From Candidatus Hydrogenedentota bacterium (GTDB lineage Bacteria > Hydrogenedentota > Hydrogenedentia > Hydrogenedentales > SLHB01): a stretch of 64,000 nucleotides of DNA. A program made the translations under genes and the position numbers. Positions 60,664-64,000 of this stretch are shown here, in pieces. The stretch covers positions 1,504,001 to 1,568,000 of the forward strand of contig CAXXYE010000009.1 of assembly GCA_963674865.2 (NCBI GenBank), read 5' to 3'. The notes under the pieces are model-generated. The model saw nothing but the letters and a program-made list of their open reading frames with translations, did no database searches and was not told the DNA's origin. Position 1 is the stretch's first letter, and every line of letters begins with the position of its first letter.

Positions 60664-63264
60664 TTAGGCCGCTTGGGACATGTGGCTATGAAGCATCAAC
60701 TGTTTACCGTCTTCATCTACCGTAACAACGGAGCCTTCCTTTATTCTTCCCGCCAGTAGCTCCATCGCGAGCGGATCGAGCACCATTCGCTGAATGACGC
60801 GCTTGAGCGGCCGCGCGCCGTACGTCGGATCGTAGCCGCGTTCGGCCAGCAGATCCCGCGCCGCCGCCGTCAGCTCGATGCGTATGTGCTTTTCCTCCAA
60901 GCGCTTACCTAGACGCTTGAGCTGTACGTCCACGATGGAACGGATATGCTCCTTGCTCAGCGGGTGGAACACGACGATGTCGTCCACGCGGTTCAGGAAT
61001 TCCGGAAGGAACTGCTGCCGCAGCACGCGCATGACTTCCTCAGTTTTCTCCTCATGGCTGCCGCTTGCCCGGTCGAACACGTCGCTGCCGACGTTCGAGG
61101 TCATGATGACGATGGTGTGCTTGAAGCTCACCGTACGCCCCTGGCCATCCGTAAGTCGCCCTTCGTCAAGTAGTTGCAACAACACGTTGAAGACCTCGGG
61201 GTGCGCTTTCTCGATTTCGTCCAGCAGCACCACGCTGTACGGCTTCCGCCGCACCACTTCCGTCAACTGGCCGCCTTCTTCGTAGCCAACGTAGCCGGGC
61301 GGGGCGCCGATGAGCCGCGCTACGGCGTGCTTCTCCATGTACTCAGACATGTCGATGCGCACCATGGCGTTCTCGTCGTCGAAGAGTAGCTCCGCCAACG
61401 ACCGGGCCAACTCCGTCTTGCCGACGCCCGTCGGCCCTAGGAAGATAAATGCTCCAATGGGCCGTTCAGGTTCCTTCAAACCTGCGCGCGCGCGGCGCAC
61501 GGCGTCGGACACGACCCGGATGCCTTCTTCCTGGCCGATCACCCGCTCGGACAGCCGCTCTTCCATCTTGAGCAGCCGCGCCATCTCGCCTTCCATCATC
61601 TTGCTCACGGGAATGCCCGTCCAGTGGGAGACGATTCGCGCGACGTGCTCCTCCGTCACCTCCTCCTTGAGGAAACTGCCGTTCTCCTGGAGTTCCGCCA
61701 AACGCTTGTTCTCGGCCTCCAACTGCGTCTGCAGCTCGGCAAGCGTCCCATAGCGAATCTGCGCCACCTTGTCCAGGTTGCCCGCGCGCTCGGCGATTTC
61801 CTCCTCGCGCTTGGCATTGTCGATGGCCTCATTGACGCCGCGGATGCGCTCGATGGCCTCTTTTTCCGCCTGCCACTTGGCCTTCTTGGCGTTGAGGTCC
61901 TCGCGGAGTTCGGCGATCTCCCGCTCGATATCCTCGCGCACGGCCTTCCCGGCCTTGCCCTTTTCCTTCTTCACGGCGAGATGCTCGATCTCGAGCTGGC
62001 GAATGCGCCGGTCGAGCACGTCGATCTCGTAAGGCATGCTGTCGATCTCGATCCGCAGCCGCGACGCGGCCTCGTCCACGAGGTCGATGGCCTTGTCCGG
62101 CAAGAACCTGTCGGAGATATAGCGATTGCTCAACACGGCCGCGGCCACGAGCGCCGCGTCCTGAATGCGCACGCCGTGGTGCACCTCGTACTTCTCTTTC
62201 AGGCCGCGGAGGATGGCGATGGTGTCGTCTACGTCCGGCTGACTCACGAGCACGGGCTGGAAGCGGCGTTCGAGCGCCGCGTCCTTCTCCACGCGTTTGC
62301 GGTATTCGTCCAGCGTCGTCGCGCCGATGCAGTGTAGTTCGCCCCGCGCCAGGGCGGGTTTCAGCATATTCGACGCGTCCATGGCGCCCTCGGCGGCGCC
62401 CGCGCCGACGAGTGTGTGCAGTTCGTCGATGAAGAGGACGACGGCGCCGCCCGCCTCCTCCACCTCGCGCAGCACGGCCTTCAGCCGATCCTCGAATTCG
62501 CCGCGGAATTTGGCCCCGGCCACCAGTGCGCCGAGGTCCAGCGCGGCGATCCGCTTGTTCTTCAGGTTCTCCGGCACGTCGCCCGCCACGACGCGCTGCG
62601 CCAGCCCCTCGACGATGGCCGTCTTGCCGACGCCCGGCTCGCCGATGAGGACGGGATTGTTCTTCGTGCGCCGCGAGAGCACCTGGATCACGCGCCGGAT
62701 CTCGTCATCGCGGCCGATAACCGGATCGAGCTTTCCGGCCCGGGCGAGCTGCGTCAGATCGCGGCTGTACTTCGCCAGGGCGTCGTACGTCTCCTCGGCG
62801 TTCGGATCCGTGACGCGCTGCGTGCCGCGAATACTCTTCAACGCCTCGAACACCGCGTCCGGCGCGACGCCGTGCTCCCGCAATACCTGGCCCGCCGGAT
62901 CGCCTTTGCTGTCCAGCATGCCCAACAGGACGTGCTCCGTGCTCAAGTACTCATCACGGAGTTTCTGCGCACTCTTCCAGCCCGCGTCCAGGGCGCGCTG
63001 CGCATCGGCGCCCAGCCCGATCTGGCCCGCGCCCCCGCCGGATACCTGCGGCAGCGACGCCAGCCGTGCCGACACGTCATTCTTCACCTGCGCCGGCGGC
63101 ACGCCCAAACGCTGGAGAACGGACGGAACCGAACCTTTCTCCTGTTCGAGCAGCGCCATCAGCACATGGAGGGACGTAATCTCAGGATGCCCGGCCTGCG
63201 TCGCGGCATCCATCGCATCCGAAAGCGCCTCCTGCGCCCTAATCGTCAGTTTGTCCAATCGCAT
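60664..63264 (-). CDS. clpB: ATP-dependent chaperone ClpB
   Basis: Two AAA modules ([16 protein letters not shown]), [11 protein letters not shown], a long coiled-coil M domain, [11 protein letters not shown] and GARPL; no ClpP-binding IGF loop. Confidence 0.97.
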   Translation of the reverse strand: MRLDKLTIRAQEALSDAMDAATQAGHPEITSLHVLMALLEQEKGSVPSVLQRLGVPPAQVKNDVSARLASLPQVSGGGAGQIGLGADAQRALDAGWKSAQKLRDEYLSTEHVLLGMLDSKGDPAGQVLREHGVAPDAVFEALKSIRGTQRVTDPNAEETYDALAKYSRDLTQLARAGKLDPVIGRDDEIRRVIQVLSRRTKNNPVLIGEPGVGKTAIVEGLAQRVVAGDVPENLKNKRIAALDLGALVAGAKFRGEFEDRLKAVLREVEEAGGAVVLFIDELHTLVGAGAAEGAMDASNMLKPALARGELHCIGATTLDEYRKRVEKDAALERRFQPVLVSQPDVDDTIAILRGLKEKYEVHHGVRIQDAALVAAAVLSNRYISDRFLPDKAIDLVDEAASRLRIEIDSMPYEIDVLDRRIRQLEIEHLAVKKEKGKAGKAVREDIEREIAELREDLNAKKAKWQAEKEAIERIRGVNEAIDNAKREEEIAERAGNLDKVAQIRYGTLAELQTQLEAENKRLAELQENGSFLKEEVTEEHVARIVSHWTGIPVSKMMEGEMARLLKMEERLSERVIGQEEGIRVVSDAVRRARAGLKEPERPIGAFIFLGPTGVGKTELARSLAELLFDDENAMVRIDMSEYMEKHAVARLIGAPPGYVGYEEGGQLTEVVRRKPYSVVLLDEIEKAHPEVFNVLLQLLDEGRLTDGQGRTVSFKHTIVIMTSNVGSDVFDRASGSHEEKTEEVMRVLRQQFLPEFLNRVDDIVVFHPLSKEHIRSIVDVQLKRLGKRLEEKHIRIELTAAARDLLAERGYDPTYGARPLKRVIQRMVLDPLAMELLAGRIKEGSVVTVDEDGKQLMLHSHMSQAA

Positions 63265-63306
63265 AGTCTCTTTCTCCCCTCTATCATGGATTTCCGCCAA
63301 TGGGAG

Positions 63307-63411
63307 AACAAGAACTATGCCAAAGTGAAACCCTTGTAAATAAAAAGGTTACGCCTCCCATGCCGCGCGCGACTGTTTCAAACCTCCCCCGCGTGTTTCC
63401 TTTTGAAACAG
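63307..63411 (-). promoter_or_regulatory. Putative sigma54 promoter, IHF-like site and enhancer palindrome upstream of clpB
   Basis: Minus-strand TTGGCATAGTTCTTGTT (63323-63307), AATAAAAAGGTTA (63339-63351), TGTTTCcttttGAAACA (63394-63410) and CTGTTTCAAA (63373-63382). Confidence 0.5.
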
Positions 63412-63606
63412 GGAAGGCGGCCCGCCTCATTTGACTGATTGACGCGCACGCGCTTGCGCCGCGTCCGTTACGGGCTGTTTTCCGGATCTGGGGAAGGTTT
63501 GGGGCATGCCGTCGTCGGGCTGTTGTGATATACTGCCGTTGCCTCTATACGAGGACGAGGATGAGTCTCACATCCCGAACGGGCAAGAAACCGAGGGCGA
63601 CACCCT

Positions 63607-64000
63607 ATGACTTGGACACTTAGAAAGACCGTCGTTGGATTGCGCCACGACAAGACCTTCAAGGTGAGGGACATCTCAGGAAAGATTGTTGATAGCCTAC
63701 TTCTCCTGCAAGGCAAGGGAAGCTTGCCAGCCGATTGCTTCCAGCTCCTGGATGCGTCGTCTGACCAGACTCAATTCAAGCTGCACAACGTGGATGATAC
63801 ATTCAGCCTTACTTTCAATCTGGAGGGGTTCTTCCTCACATGTGACATCCCCACGCTCGCGTCTCTCGATGCAAGTTCCTTAGAGGACTCATTTTCGACT
63901 ATTGCAGAGACCATCCTTCCTCTGAGTGGAAGGGAAAAGGACATAGCACGAATAGGCGCGATCCACGAATACGCTCTTCTGTTACCTGGCGAATTATCAG
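63607..64000 (+). CDS. Hypothetical protein, partial, lower GC
   Basis: Manual translation MTWTLRKTVVGLRHDKTFKVRDISGKIVDSL...DIARIGAIHEY is open to the window end; GAGG lies upstream. Confidence 0.55.
   Translation, partial: MTWTLRKTVVGLRHDKTFKVRDISGKIVDSLLLLQGKGSLPADCFQLLDASSDQTQFKLHNVDDTFSLTFNLEGFFLTCDIPTLASLDASSLEDSFSTIAETILPLSGREKDIARIGAIHEYALLLPGELS

Overview
A GC-rich bacterial chromosome segment, probably from a metagenome assembly. The gene content resembles a carbohydrate-degrading Hydrogenedentota or PVC-like organism, but this taxonomy is inference only. Most of the window encodes glycan-processing and secreted enzymes: GH99-like, GH36, GH114, GH140-like, sialidase-like and beta-propeller hydrolases, SGNH esterases, a heparinase II/III-like fusion, a sulfatase-fold enzyme, a DUF1080 plus Gfo/Idh/MocA pair, RhaM and two UroD/MtaA-like proteins. 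It also holds a small accessory islet (nucleoside deoxyribosyltransferase-like gene, DUF2971 and a MazF/PemK toxin-antitoxin pair) and a secreted VWA-SIMPL-DUF4139 trio. A ~15 kb minus-strand operon runs MoxR, DUF58, BatA/VWA, DUF4175-like, VWA/GATase-like, pseudo-caspase, two DUF4159 paralogues and a redoxin. The window ends with RNase P RNA (rnpB) and clpB. The MoxR operon has two interruptions. A complete 1231-bp IS4-family element with a 9-bp target duplication splits the caspase-like gene. A ~623-nt poly-C tract, most likely a sequencing or assembly artefact, splits one DUF4159 gene. I saw no tRNA, rRNA or CRISPR array. All family calls come from motif recognition, not database searches.
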